NCBI GenBank assembly: GCA_049325535.1
Contig: JBMOKY010000001.1
Span: forward strand, 1,074,118 to 1,138,117
Source: Patescibacteria group bacterium
GTDB taxonomy: Bacteria > Patescibacteriota > Patescibacteriia > UBA10025 > JAHIVO01
Length of the DNA: 64,000 bases
Reading direction: 5' to 3'
This document shows, in pieces, positions 49,971 through 60,056 of the stretch. The notes beneath the pieces were generated by a model. The model made no database searches and was not told where the DNA came from. It was given only the letters and a program-made list of their open reading frames with translations. Position 1 is the first letter of the stretch. Every line of letters starts with the position of its first letter. A program made the position numbers and the translations under genes.

Positions 49971-50984
49971 ATGGTAATGGGCACCTATCCGCCGCTGACC
50001 AGCGCTGAGCGCATTCGGACAGCGCGGCTGATGCGAAATATAGCGGACACCGCTGGTTTTGTGCGTCAGCGAGTCATTCGCCGCGGACCACGATATCACA
50101 TCGAGCAAGGAGCACGATACGGAGCACCGGCAATCGCCAAGCTCAGCCTGCGCCCCCGCTCGCAAGACCACTTGACCAATGAAAAATTTGGCCGGGAAAT
50201 TTTATGGCTTCAGTTTCTAGGCGGGCGGCGTTCGTCACCATTGGTTCGGGCGGTACCGCAGCTATATGCCGCAGCGACGTCACCTCGGGCATGGTATGTG
50301 CGCGAACACATCACCGGAACCCCGTTTCATGCGGGTAACAATGAAGCTCAATTTACCGATCGTTTTTTCACCTCCCAAAACCTCCGCTGGCTTTCCGCGC
50401 TGCTTTACGATTTGCACTATATCAAAAAAAATGAACTGCCACATCCATTCCGCGCTCTACTCCACCAACCAGAACTCCCTCAATATCTCTGGCGTTTTAT
50501 TCAGCCCTACGCCCGGCGCATTGAGTCATTCACTCGCGCTCCCGGGCTGACCCAGCGGCTGAAACCGCGCGTCATCGCACTCCAGGACGTCTTTTCCCGC
50601 GCACCACGCGTACTCGGGCACCAAGAGCTCTACCCAGCTCATGTCCTCCAGACGCGCCATGGGCTGCGCCTGATTGATTGGGAAAACATCGGCTGGGCGC
50701 TGCCGAGTTATGACTGGGTCACCGTGTGGCTACGAGCATTCGGCCACCCCAGCTGGCAGCGATCCCTGTACCGGGAGTACTGCCGACACTACCGACACTA
50801 CCCCCAAGCAACGGAACTCTGGCGCGGCACCATATTGCTACAATCAGTATTCAATGTCGTCGGATATCATTTCTACCCGGTCCGCCGGCATTTCCGCCCT
50901 TTAGCTGATTACTGCGCCGCACAGCTGATCGGATCCCAGCCCTCAAAAAAAATGTGGTACAATACACAAAGAGCATCCAACTGA
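49971..50984 (+). CDS. Protein-kinase-like fold phosphotransferase (APH/maltokinase/choline kinase superfamily)
   Basis: HQELYPAHVLQTRHGLRLIDWENIGWALPSYDW matches the APH catalytic loop H-G-D-x-x-x-N plus the IDWE/D activation motif. Confidence 0.6.
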   Translation: MVMGTYPPLTSAERIRTARLMRNIADTAGFVRQRVIRRGPRYHIEQGARYGAPAIAKLSLRPRSQDHLTNEKFGREILWLQFLGGRRSSPLVRAVPQLYAAATSPRAWYVREHITGTPFHAGNNEAQFTDRFFTSQNLRWLSALLYDLHYIKKNELPHPFRALLHQPELPQYLWRFIQPYARRIESFTRAPGLTQRLKPRVIALQDVFSRAPRVLGHQELYPAHVLQTRHGLRLIDWENIGWALPSYDWVTVWLRAFGHPSWQRSLYREYCRHYRHYPQATELWRGTILLQSVFNVVGYHFYPVRRHFRPLADYCAAQLIGSQPSKKMWYNTQRASN

Positions 50985-51030
50985 AGTCGGTTGTCCTGAT
51001 GCGCATCTAACGCATTGAACGCTGCCCATC

Positions 51031-52491
51031 ATGAATGTACTATTTATTACCGCCGAAATGGCTCCGCTGGCAAAAGTTGGCGGACTCGCCGATGTCGCCG
51101 GCGCTTTGCCTAAAGCGCTCAAACAATTAGGAGTGGACATCCGCGTGGTCATGCCAAAATATGCCAGTATCGACACCAGCCAATACCCCCTCCAGCACGT
51201 CGCAGATGGGATTACCATACCATTTAAAGGCACAACTGAGGTGGTATCACTCTACGCCACCACCATTCCCGGCAGCGATGTGCCCGTTTACCTAATTGAA
51301 CACCCGGGGTATTTGAGCACACATGCGATATACTTTGAGGACATCGAGCGGCAGGACAAAACACAGCTGGAGGCGGAACGATTCCTCTTCTTCTCCCGAG
51401 CCAGCCTGGCCATTCCCGCCTCGACCGGTTGGTATCCCGACATTATTCACTGTCAGGACTGGCATGTCGGACTGGTACCGATTCTCAGAGACATCCTAGG
51501 GAAAAAAGACGCTCGGCTGGCCAGAGCAAAGACACTCCTGACAATCCACAATCTCGAATACCAGGGCTGGTACCAAAAACAAACGGTATTTGACTTGCTC
51601 GGACTCACTCCATCGGATCATCCGGCCTTACGTGACACACCCCGCGACCAGATCATCAGCTTACGGCATGGGATTCTTACGGCTGATTATCTCAATACGG
51701 TTTCGGAAACGTACGCCCACGAAATTCTGACACCTGAATTTGGCGCCCATCTCGAACACGACTTGCATAACCGACAACGGCAGCTCCGTGGCATCGTCAA
51801 TGGGATCGACACGGAACGATTCGATCCGGAAACCGACACGGCCATAGCCGCCACGTACACCGCCGCACACCCGGAAAATAAAAAACAGTGCAAAACCGCC
51901 CTGCAAAAATTATGCGATTTGCCAACTGACACTGAAGCGCCGCTGCTCGGGATCGTCAGTCGATTGGCCCAGCAAAAAGGTATCGACTTATTGGTCGACA
52001 TCATTGATGACATCGCTGAATCAGGGGCTCAGCTGGTCGTCCTCGGGACCGGATTGCCCGATATCGAACAGGCGGTACAGGCCGCCGCAAAACGCAACCC
52101 CGCATCCGTATCGGCACAAATCGGATTTGATGGGACACTCGCCCGACGAATATACGCCGGATGCGACTTTTTCCTCATGCCATCACGATACGAGCCATGC
52201 GGACTTGGGCAAATGATTGCCATGCGCTATGGTACCGTGCCGGTAGTCCGTGCCACTGGCGGGCTGAAGGATACGGTACACGAAATTACCGTCAATGGCG
52301 CTGCCGGCGAAGGATTTGTATTTGACGAATATAGCGCACCTCAATTTCTACAGGCAATACAGCGAGGTCTGGGACTTTATCAGAACGAAAAAGCATGGCA
52401 TACTGTAATCAGCCGCATTATGCGCCTCGACTTTTCCTGGGACGCGTCAGCCAGACAATATTACCAGCTCTACCAAACACTCAAGCCCTAA
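51031..52491 (+). CDS. glgA: Glycogen (starch) synthase, GT5 (second paralog)
   Basis: MNVLFITAEMAPLAKVGGLADVAGALPKAL. Confidence 0.85.
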   Translation: MNVLFITAEMAPLAKVGGLADVAGALPKALKQLGVDIRVVMPKYASIDTSQYPLQHVADGITIPFKGTTEVVSLYATTIPGSDVPVYLIEHPGYLSTHAIYFEDIERQDKTQLEAERFLFFSRASLAIPASTGWYPDIIHCQDWHVGLVPILRDILGKKDARLARAKTLLTIHNLEYQGWYQKQTVFDLLGLTPSDHPALRDTPRDQIISLRHGILTADYLNTVSETYAHEILTPEFGAHLEHDLHNRQRQLRGIVNGIDTERFDPETDTAIAATYTAAHPENKKQCKTALQKLCDLPTDTEAPLLGIVSRLAQQKGIDLLVDIIDDIAESGAQLVVLGTGLPDIEQAVQAAAKRNPASVSAQIGFDGTLARRIYAGCDFFLMPSRYEPCGLGQMIAMRYGTVPVVRATGGLKDTVHEITVNGAAGEGFVFDEYSAPQFLQAIQRGLGLYQNEKAWHTVISRIMRLDFSWDASARQYYQLYQTLKP

Positions 52492-53487
52492 ATGACCCCA
52501 CTTACTCCCAAATCAAAAACAGCGAAAGAAAAACCGCTGAAAGAAGTAAGAATAGAACCAACTAACAGTGAGGTGCGCATCGACGAAATTCACGATCGCT
52601 TCATTATTATAGCGCCGAAACGAGGAAAACGACCGCATGACACCAAACAACACATCCAGGACGTCCCCGTCAAATCAAAAGACTGTCCCTTTTGTTTGGA
52701 AACAAAAATGATGTCCCAGTCCCCGCTGTACCAGGAAGGTCCGGACGAATGGTGGGAGATTAAAGTAATAAAAAACATATTTCCTTTTGTCAGTCCGGAC
52801 AATCCAAATGCCTATGGTCATCAGGAGGTGATTATTGAAACCCCGCATCACAATAAAGAATTTGCGGATTTTGGTGAATCCCATGTGTACCGGGTACTCA
52901 AGGCATATGTAGCGCGGACGAAATCGCTGATGAAGGACCCAAAAATCAAATACATCATCATTTTCAAAAACCATGGCGGTAAGGCCGGCGCCTCCTTGGT
53001 GCATGCGCACTCCCAAATTATGGCAGCAGGCTTTGTGCCAAGCCATATCGTCAATAAATTAAGTCGCGCCCGGGCCTACCAGATCAAGCACGGTGCCTCA
53101 TACTATGCCAAACTGGCCCATGACGAAGTCAGGGGTCCGCGTAAAATCTATAGCGACAAATATATCGCCGCGTTCTGCCCCTATGCTTCTTCATATAACT
53201 ATGAAGCGTGGATTTTACCGAAACGGCAGGTTGATAATATTTCCCAGCTGGACGAAGAGGAATTAAAGTCGCTAGCAAAAGTGCTGAAACACATCATTAA
53301 AAAGGTCAATCAGCTGGAACTCCCGTATAATTTTTACATGCATCAGACGGTTACCGATCCCAATGAATATTTTTATCTGAGGGTGTGCCCCCGCCGGGAC
53401 ACCTGGGCAGGGGTTGAGCTGGGTTCCCGGGTCATCATCAATACGGTCGCCCCGGAAGACGCGGCAAAATTTTACCGCGGACGATAG
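52492..53487 (+). CDS. Galactose-1-phosphate uridylyltransferase family enzyme (GalT class I HIT branch; could be NDP-glucose phosphorylase-type)
   Basis: The zinc motif CPFC and the active site FKNHGGKAGASLVHAHSQIMA are present (GalT HPHGQ-type H-x-H-x-Q). Confidence 0.8.
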   Translation: MTPLTPKSKTAKEKPLKEVRIEPTNSEVRIDEIHDRFIIIAPKRGKRPHDTKQHIQDVPVKSKDCPFCLETKMMSQSPLYQEGPDEWWEIKVIKNIFPFVSPDNPNAYGHQEVIIETPHHNKEFADFGESHVYRVLKAYVARTKSLMKDPKIKYIIIFKNHGGKAGASLVHAHSQIMAAGFVPSHIVNKLSRARAYQIKHGASYYAKLAHDEVRGPRKIYSDKYIAAFCPYASSYNYEAWILPKRQVDNISQLDEEELKSLAKVLKHIIKKVNQLELPYNFYMHQTVTDPNEYFYLRVCPRRDTWAGVELGSRVIINTVAPEDAAKFYRGR

Positions 53488-53539
53488 TCGGTCCGAGCTT
53501 GACGAAAATATATGCTCGGGTAAGATAGAGGTCACTCGT

Positions 53540-53887
53540 ATGTCATACGCCTCCCCCTATTTTTATATCGTTGCCATTGTCCTGATTGCTGTCGTTGGAG
53601 GTGGCTTTATCTGGGCGTACGAAGCGGAAGCCCCTCAGCCCGAATACCAACCGCCGGCTCTCCACCAGCCGACGGTGCTTGGTGCCGCCACCGGAGAACC
53701 GATCATACAGCCCCTCGCCGCGGAATCAGCCCCGCTTGAGCAGGCCGATCTGATACCCAGCCAAGTAAATGTTGAGTATCTATCATACTGCCACCGCCCC
53801 GCCCGACTCGCTGAACTGGACCTATGGTCAGGCCAGCCAACCCTCCGACTGCGGGCACACCTGGCCAATCCTACTGCCTGCAAATAA
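53540..53887 (+). CDS. Small membrane-anchored hypothetical protein (Pro/Gln-rich)
   Basis: An N-terminal TM helix, YFYIVAIVLIAVVGGGF, is present. No recognisable domain. Confidence 0.35.
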   Translation: MSYASPYFYIVAIVLIAVVGGGFIWAYEAEAPQPEYQPPALHQPTVLGAATGEPIIQPLAAESAPLEQADLIPSQVNVEYLSYCHRPARLAELDLWSGQPTLRLRAHLANPTACK

Positions 53888-53902
53888 CCGACGAAAAACA
53901 CA

Positions 53903-53936
53903 AAACAGCCGTTCCATGCTTGCGGCTGTTTTTTGG
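53903..53936. terminator. Bidirectional rho-independent terminator
   Basis: The aacagccg-ttccatgctt-gcggctgtt stem-loop is flanked by an A-run (upstream) and tttttt (downstream). It lies between convergent genes, 53540-53887 (+) and tyrS (-). Confidence 0.55.
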
Positions 53937-54024
53937 CGCCCCGATCGGCCACGAAAAAGAGGTGCCCCCTTGCTGGAGTGGGGCCGGCCACAGCGCCAAG
54001 TTGAACCTAGGTCTGGGTCGTCAT

Positions 54025-55221
54025 TTAAACAAATCGGACAAACTTTCGTTTGCCGACCTGGAGCACCGTGCCATGAGTGACTCGGACTTTTTTCTTCCAG
54101 TCCGTAATCTTGACGCCATCATAGACGACGCCGCCTTGTTCTATCAGACGCTTAGCTTCACTTTTTGAGGTGATGAGCTTGGTCTCGACGATCATGTCCA
54201 CCGGGCTATAATCGCCGATTTTAGGCAAATGAAAGGTCGGCATGTCTTCCGGTGCGCGCTTGTCTTTAAACACGCTCGTAAATTCCGCTTCTGCCCGGAT
54301 AGCGGCGGCCGTACTATGGTACATGCCAACCAATTCGCGCGCCAATCGCGCCTTAAAATCACGCGGATTGGCACCATGCTTCATTTCCTGCTCCATCTGC
54401 ACGATGTCCTTCAGCGGAACGCCAGTTACCAGTGTAAAATATTTGAAAATCAGTGCATCGGGAATCGACATGACCTTGCCGTACATATCAGTCGGCGAAT
54501 CTTCCAGATCAATAGTATTGCCGACACTTTTACTCATCTTGTGCACGCCATCAGTACCCTCCAGCAGCGGAACCGTCAAAATGTCCTGAGGTGGCTGATG
54601 GTAACGCGGTTGGATGGTACGGGCAGCCAGCACATTGAACGTCTGGTCAGTGCCGCCCAATTCCACGTCCGCTTGGAGCGCCACCGAATCATAGCCCTGT
54701 AAAATCGGATACGTCAGTTCGTGTACCCAGAGTGGTTTGCCGCGTTTCAGTCGCTCCTGAAACATGTCACGCTCCAGCATCTGATTCACTGAAAAATAGC
54801 TCAGGAGCTGAAATAGCTCGGCAAAATCCATTTGTCCGTGCCATTCTGAATTATGGCGCACCTCAACCCGGGCCATGTCTAGCACCTGGCCGATTTGCCG
54901 TACATAGGACTTCATATTCAGCTGGATCTGATGGACCGTCAAAGGCTGGCGAGCGGATAATTTATCGGTCGGATCACCGATGCGGGCGGTAAAATCACCT
55001 ACCAAAAAAATAATCTGATGGCCCAATTCCTGAAACTGACGCAATTTGCGTAGCACTACGGTGTGCCCAAGGTGTAGACGCGGCGCGGTTGGGTCTATAC
55101 CAAGCTTAATACGCAACCGCTTCCCCGAGTCGAGCTTTTGTGCTAGACTTCGTTTCACGATTATTTGGTCGACGCCACGGGTGAGTACCTCGTGTTTCTG
55201 GTCAGAAGTGGGCTTTTTCAT
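54025..55221 (-). CDS. tyrS: Tyrosine-tRNA ligase
   Basis: The class I HIGH motif (PTAPRLHLGH), KMSKSVGN and a C-terminal S4-like domain are present. Confidence 0.9.
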   Translation of the reverse strand: MKKPTSDQKHEVLTRGVDQIIVKRSLAQKLDSGKRLRIKLGIDPTAPRLHLGHTVVLRKLRQFQELGHQIIFLVGDFTARIGDPTDKLSARQPLTVHQIQLNMKSYVRQIGQVLDMARVEVRHNSEWHGQMDFAELFQLLSYFSVNQMLERDMFQERLKRGKPLWVHELTYPILQGYDSVALQADVELGGTDQTFNVLAARTIQPRYHQPPQDILTVPLLEGTDGVHKMSKSVGNTIDLEDSPTDMYGKVMSIPDALIFKYFTLVTGVPLKDIVQMEQEMKHGANPRDFKARLARELVGMYHSTAAAIRAEAEFTSVFKDKRAPEDMPTFHLPKIGDYSPVDMIVETKLITSKSEAKRLIEQGGVVYDGVKITDWKKKVRVTHGTVLQVGKRKFVRFV

Positions 55222-55288
55222 ACGTATGATAGTTTATAGTATACCGTAACTCTGGTATAATAAAAAGGCTAATGTACTGCTTATTCTC

Positions 55289-56185
55289 ATGCCGAAACAT
55301 ACCATAGGATTAGACGTCGGGGGTACCAAAATACAGGCGGGGGTCATCACGCGAACCGGGCGCGTCATCGATTCGGTTCAGTTTGCCAACGACATCAGCA
55401 CCACCCGTCGTACACTTGCCCAGATTATGGCCGCCATTGATCATTTTTTTCGTACTCATACCATTGGTGGCATTGGCGTCGGTATAACTGGGGTAGTGGA
55501 GTCAGCTGCGGGTGTGGTAGTCAGTTCCCCCAATCTCCCGCGTGACTGGCATCGCATACCGCTCGGCCGGCTGCTCAAAAATAAATATCACGTCCCAATA
55601 TCTATTGATAATGATGCAAATTGCTGCGCGCTGGCCGAGGCGCTTATTGGTCGCGGCAAACGCTACAGCGTGGTACTCGGCCTGACAATCGGTACCGGCA
55701 TCGGCACGGGCCTGGTTATCGATAAAAAATTGTACCGTGGCGGTTTACAGGCCGTCGAGTTTGGCCATACGGTCATCAGTGATTCCCAGGTTCGCTGTAG
55801 CTGTGGTCGCCCCGGGCATTTCGAAGCGCTGGTTTCAGGTACAGCGTTGGTTGCTGCTTACCGCCGTCAAACCGGCACTACAAAGACCTCATACCAGATC
55901 ATTGCCGAAGCACGAGCCGGGAAACGAGCCGCACGCCAAACGCTGCACACCATGAGCGGCTATCTCGCCCGTGGATTGGCCAATGCCACTCAGGCCTACT
56001 CACCGGACATTATCGTGCTCGGCGGGGGACTGGCTCGTGTCTCTGCCTTAGTGAAACCGGCGCTGAAAAAGGTGCCCACACTAGTTCGCGCGGTGCAAAC
56101 ACGACGGCCCCATATAGTTACGTCACGACTTCACTATGACGCCGGCATCATCGGAGCCGCCCTCCTCGCTCACCAGCCTCGCTAA
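55289..56185 (+). CDS. ROK-family sugar kinase (glucokinase-like, second copy)
   Basis: IGLDVGGTKIQAG and the CSCGRPGHFEA zinc motif. Confidence 0.8.
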   Translation: MPKHTIGLDVGGTKIQAGVITRTGRVIDSVQFANDISTTRRTLAQIMAAIDHFFRTHTIGGIGVGITGVVESAAGVVVSSPNLPRDWHRIPLGRLLKNKYHVPISIDNDANCCALAEALIGRGKRYSVVLGLTIGTGIGTGLVIDKKLYRGGLQAVEFGHTVISDSQVRCSCGRPGHFEALVSGTALVAAYRRQTGTTKTSYQIIAEARAGKRAARQTLHTMSGYLARGLANATQAYSPDIIVLGGGLARVSALVKPALKKVPTLVRAVQTRRPHIVTSRLHYDAGIIGAALLAHQPR

Positions 56186-56188
56186 CAT

Positions 56189-58867
56189 ATGCCCATACCC
56201 CATTTGCACAAGCCCCAATTCCGCATCAAACCAATCGGCCAGCGCATGAGCCAGGCCAGTCTGCGCCAGCATGGCAAAAATTTTGGGCACCATAATTCGT
56301 CACCGACGAAAAAGCCTTCCGTGCGGGGCTGGAGAAATAAAATCGTTCGCTATGGACTGCCCGCGCTTGGCGGAATGGTGCTGCTGCTCATCATTGGCGG
56401 TGTTGCTGCGTTTGCCCTTGTTTCTCGTGACCTTCCCGATCCGGATAAAGTCATCGATCGTTCAGTAGCACAAAGCACCAAAATATACGCCCGCGATGAA
56501 ACCACTCTTCTGTATGAGATTCATGGCGACATTCGGCGCACCCTGATCCAGATTGAGGATGTGCCGGACATCATGAAATACGCCACAATCGCCATCGAAG
56601 ATCAAGATTTTTACAACCACCAAGGATTTGACCTGGGAGGTATCATTAAGGCGGCTTGTCATGAAGCGTTCGGTAATCTCGGCGGGCTCTGCCCGCAGCG
56701 TGGCGGATCCACCATTACCCAGCAATTCGTAAAAAATGCCATTCTGACAACCGAACGGTCCTACACGCGCAAAATTAAGGAATTGGTCATTGCCTACCAG
56801 CTGGAAAAAAAATTCTCAAAAGACCAAATACTCCAGCTCTATTTCAATGAGATTCCCTTTGGCTCCACCCTCTACGGTGTGGAGGCGGCGGCGCAATCGT
56901 TCTTCGGCAAGTCAGTGCGGGATGTCACGCTGGCTGAAGCCGCTTTCCTGGCAGCAATTCCCAATCGACCCACCTACTATTCCCCCTACGGTAACAATAC
57001 TGATGCGCTCTCGGCACGCATCCATCTCATTCTGGACGAGATGGTTGCTCAGGGATATGCGACCGAAGCAGAGGCAGCCGAAGCGAAAACGGTTAATTTA
57101 CTTGAGCAGCTACGACCGCCGTACCAAAATATCACCGCCCCCCATTTCGTACTCTGGGTCAAGGAACAACTGGCGGAAAAATATGGCGAAACCGTGGTGG
57201 AAACCGGCGGCCTGAAGGTTATTACGACACTTGATATCGACAAACAACGAGTGGCCGAAGAGGTGATTGCTGAACAAGCGCCAAAAAACGCTGATCGGTA
57301 CGGGGCCAGTAATGCCGCGCTAGTCAGCATCGACACGAAAACCGGACAAATCACGGCCATGGTCGGGTCAAAAGATTATTTTGATGATAGTATCGATGGG
57401 CAGGTGAACGTAACCCTGCGCCCCCGCCAACCCGGTTCATCGTTTAAGCCGGTTGTCTATGCCTCAGCCTTTGAAAAGGGATATACGGCGGACACTATTC
57501 TTTTTGACCTGGTCACGAATTTCAAAACCGATACCGGTAATTACACCCCAAAAAATTACGATCTCCGTGAACACGGTCCCGTCACCATGCGCCAGGCTTT
57601 GGCCGGCTCACTCAATATCCCCGCGGTTAAAACGCTGTATCTAGCGGGCGTGGATACAGTGCTTGATAATGCCCAAAAGCTCGGTTACACCACACTGGGC
57701 GATCGAAGTCGTTTTGGGCTGTCACTCGTGCTCGGCGGCGGGGAGGTGACACTCCTAGAACACACCGCTGCATTTGCCACCTTTGCCCGCGAAGGTGAAT
57801 ACCATCCACCCACTGGGGTGCTCCGCGTAGAAGACGCTAATGGTAAAGTGCTGGAGCAATTTGAAGAACGTTCTGAGCAAGTAATGGACACAAAGGCGAT
57901 TCGTCTTCTCAATAATATCTTATCCGATGACGGCGCACGCGCATATATATTCGGCGCCGGTGGCTACCTGACGCTTCCCGGCCGGCCAGTCGCCGCGAAA
58001 ACAGGCACCACGAATGATTACCGTGACGCCTGGACGATGGGTTTTACGCCCTATGAGGCCACGGGCGTCTGGGTTGGGAATAATGACTTTTCGGAAATGA
58101 AGCGCGGCGCGGACGGATCAATTGTGGCCGCACCTATTTGGCATAATTTTATGGTACGCACTATATCCGGCCCGGCACAGCCCTTCAATCAGCCTGACGC
58201 AAATAATGCGGAAAAGCCCGTACTGCGCGGCCAACTCGAGGGGGGCACCACCGTCAAGGTGGATCGCGTTACCGGCAAACGGATACCGGACGAATGCCGG
58301 GATTCCTATCCAGTTGAATTCGTCACTGAGAAAACCCTGCGCATTGCCCATTCCATTCTCTTTTACGTCAACCGTGATGACCCGCGGGGCGCGGTGCCGG
58401 CCGATCCTACCGCCGATCCTCAGTACGCCAGCTGGGAAGAGCCCGTGAGGCGCTGGGCTGAAGCCAATAATTATTTGGAGAGCTTGCCGGCACTTGAGAG
58501 CTGTGACCGGCGCAGCACCGACAATAAACCAATGGTTTCATTTGCGTCTCCGAAAACGGGTGACACGATAACCGGCAATACCCTTTCGGCAACCGTTCAG
58601 ACAACAGCGGCCACCGGGCGAACCGTGACTAAAGTAGTGTATCAGCTCGATGATGAAATAATCGGCACCGCAACGAAAAAGCCCTTCAGCTTAACGTACA
58701 CATATAAAACCGTAATGAGTAATGGGTTTCACGATCTGACTGCCACTGTTTATGATGACATTGAGAATGTCAGCACCGCTACGATTACCGTCAACTATCT
58801 AAAAAATGTGCCGACAAACACAAATACCACGAATACCAATTCAACTTCGAATACAAACAACCCTTAG
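56189..58867 (+). CDS. Class A penicillin-binding protein (bifunctional transglycosylase/transpeptidase, PBP1A-type)
   Basis: GT51 motifs (EDQDFYNHQGFD, GGSTITQQ) and transpeptidase motifs (SSFKP SxxK, SLN, KTGT). There is a C-terminal Thr/Asn-rich low-complexity tail. The start may be 56246. Confidence 0.85.
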   Translation: MPIPHLHKPQFRIKPIGQRMSQASLRQHGKNFGHHNSSPTKKPSVRGWRNKIVRYGLPALGGMVLLLIIGGVAAFALVSRDLPDPDKVIDRSVAQSTKIYARDETTLLYEIHGDIRRTLIQIEDVPDIMKYATIAIEDQDFYNHQGFDLGGIIKAACHEAFGNLGGLCPQRGGSTITQQFVKNAILTTERSYTRKIKELVIAYQLEKKFSKDQILQLYFNEIPFGSTLYGVEAAAQSFFGKSVRDVTLAEAAFLAAIPNRPTYYSPYGNNTDALSARIHLILDEMVAQGYATEAEAAEAKTVNLLEQLRPPYQNITAPHFVLWVKEQLAEKYGETVVETGGLKVITTLDIDKQRVAEEVIAEQAPKNADRYGASNAALVSIDTKTGQITAMVGSKDYFDDSIDGQVNVTLRPRQPGSSFKPVVYASAFEKGYTADTILFDLVTNFKTDTGNYTPKNYDLREHGPVTMRQALAGSLNIPAVKTLYLAGVDTVLDNAQKLGYTTLGDRSRFGLSLVLGGGEVTLLEHTAAFATFAREGEYHPPTGVLRVEDANGKVLEQFEERSEQVMDTKAIRLLNNILSDDGARAYIFGAGGYLTLPGRPVAAKTGTTNDYRDAWTMGFTPYEATGVWVGNNDFSEMKRGADGSIVAAPIWHNFMVRTISGPAQPFNQPDANNAEKPVLRGQLEGGTTVKVDRVTGKRIPDECRDSYPVEFVTEKTLRIAHSILFYVNRDDPRGAVPADPTADPQYASWEEPVRRWAEANNYLESLPALESCDRRSTDNKPMVSFASPKTGDTITGNTLSATVQTTAATGRTVTKVVYQLDDEIIGTATKKPFSLTYTYKTVMSNGFHDLTATVYDDIENVSTATITVNYLKNVPTNTNTTNTNSTSNTNNP

Positions 58868-58955
58868 CGCGACTAAAAATCAATGCCACTGAACCCTCAC
58901 TCAATAAAGCACCCCACGGCCGTGGGGTGCTTTGGCATCAACGGTCAAATCGTAA

Positions 58956-60056
58956 CTATTGTTTTATAGGCATGATGATGTACAAATAGTCGCTGGCGTC
59001 TTTTGGTTTCAGCAGGCCCGGGCTACTATTTGTCGTCAGCTCGAGGACACACTCTTCGGTGGCGATATTCTGCAAGCCTTCTTGTAAAAAGCGGTGATTG
59101 AAAATAATGTCATTGCTCTGGCCGGTAATAATAGCGTCCTGTTCTGCCTGACTTTCGCCGATTTGTACGTTTGCCGCGGAAACGGTGATACGACCGGCCG
59201 GTTGATCAAATACCAGTTGGACGTCATTACTACCCGGCTTACAAAAGAGGCTGGCCTGTTTCACCGTGTTTGCAAAAGCCCTCGTGTTGATTTGCGCACG
59301 GGTAATGCTATCGCTTGGTATAATTTGTTTATAATCAGGATATTGACCTTCGATCACGCGCGAGGTCAGGGTTACCGGACCGGCAATAAACACAATTTGG
59401 TTTTCGTTGCTCCGGATCGTTACCTGATCGTCCGCCTCGCTTAAAATCCGAATAAGTTCCTGGGCGGTACGCATGGGAATAATGACCCGATAATCAGCCG
59501 CGCCCGTCTTGACCGAAACGGTACGCTCGGCCAGCCGATAGCTGTCAGTAGCCGCGAGGATGATGCCCATATCAGTAAACTGCATGAATACCCCACTTAT
59601 CTCCGGGCGCGTCTCATCATACGCAACGGCAAATGCTACTGAGGTGAGAGCCTCTTTGAGAGTGGCCGCCGGTACAATAATTTCCCGTTTTGCTTCCACT
59701 TCAGGAATAAGCGGAAATTCAGCAGGGTCGACACCTTTCATGGTTGTTTTCGCTTTTATCGACCGTACATGCAGCGTCTGTTCGACAGATTCTAGTTCGA
59801 CATTACCACTCGGCAAAAGGCCCACATAATCACTTAACGTTTTAGCTTGGACCGTTACCGCCCCCTCTTCACTTACTTTTCCGCGAACCTGAGTCACGAC
59901 GCCAATCTCCAGATTTGTTGTCATCAGCGACAGTCCACCTTTTTCAGCTTTTAATAAAACATTATTTAAAATAGGTAAAGAAATATTTTTACTGGCGACA
60001 TGGCTGACAATGGCAAGTCCGGATGATAAATTTTCTTGGGTGCAGGTAATTTTCAT
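58956..60056 (-). CDS. dnaN: DNA polymerase III beta sliding clamp
   Basis: MKITCTQENLSSGLAIVSHVASKNISLPILNNVLLKA and the three-domain length. Confidence 0.9.
   Translation of the reverse strand: MKITCTQENLSSGLAIVSHVASKNISLPILNNVLLKAEKGGLSLMTTNLEIGVVTQVRGKVSEEGAVTVQAKTLSDYVGLLPSGNVELESVEQTLHVRSIKAKTTMKGVDPAEFPLIPEVEAKREIIVPAATLKEALTSVAFAVAYDETRPEISGVFMQFTDMGIILAATDSYRLAERTVSVKTGAADYRVIIPMRTAQELIRILSEADDQVTIRSNENQIVFIAGPVTLTSRVIEGQYPDYKQIIPSDSITRAQINTRAFANTVKQASLFCKPGSNDVQLVFDQPAGRITVSAANVQIGESQAEQDAIITGQSNDIIFNHRFLQEGLQNIATEECVLELTTNSSPGLLKPKDASDYLYIIMPIKQ

Noticed and set aside
54229-54702. 157-aa and 115-aa plus-strand ORFs inside tyrS.
   Set aside because: They are antisense to tyrS, which carries the HIGH and KMSKS motifs.
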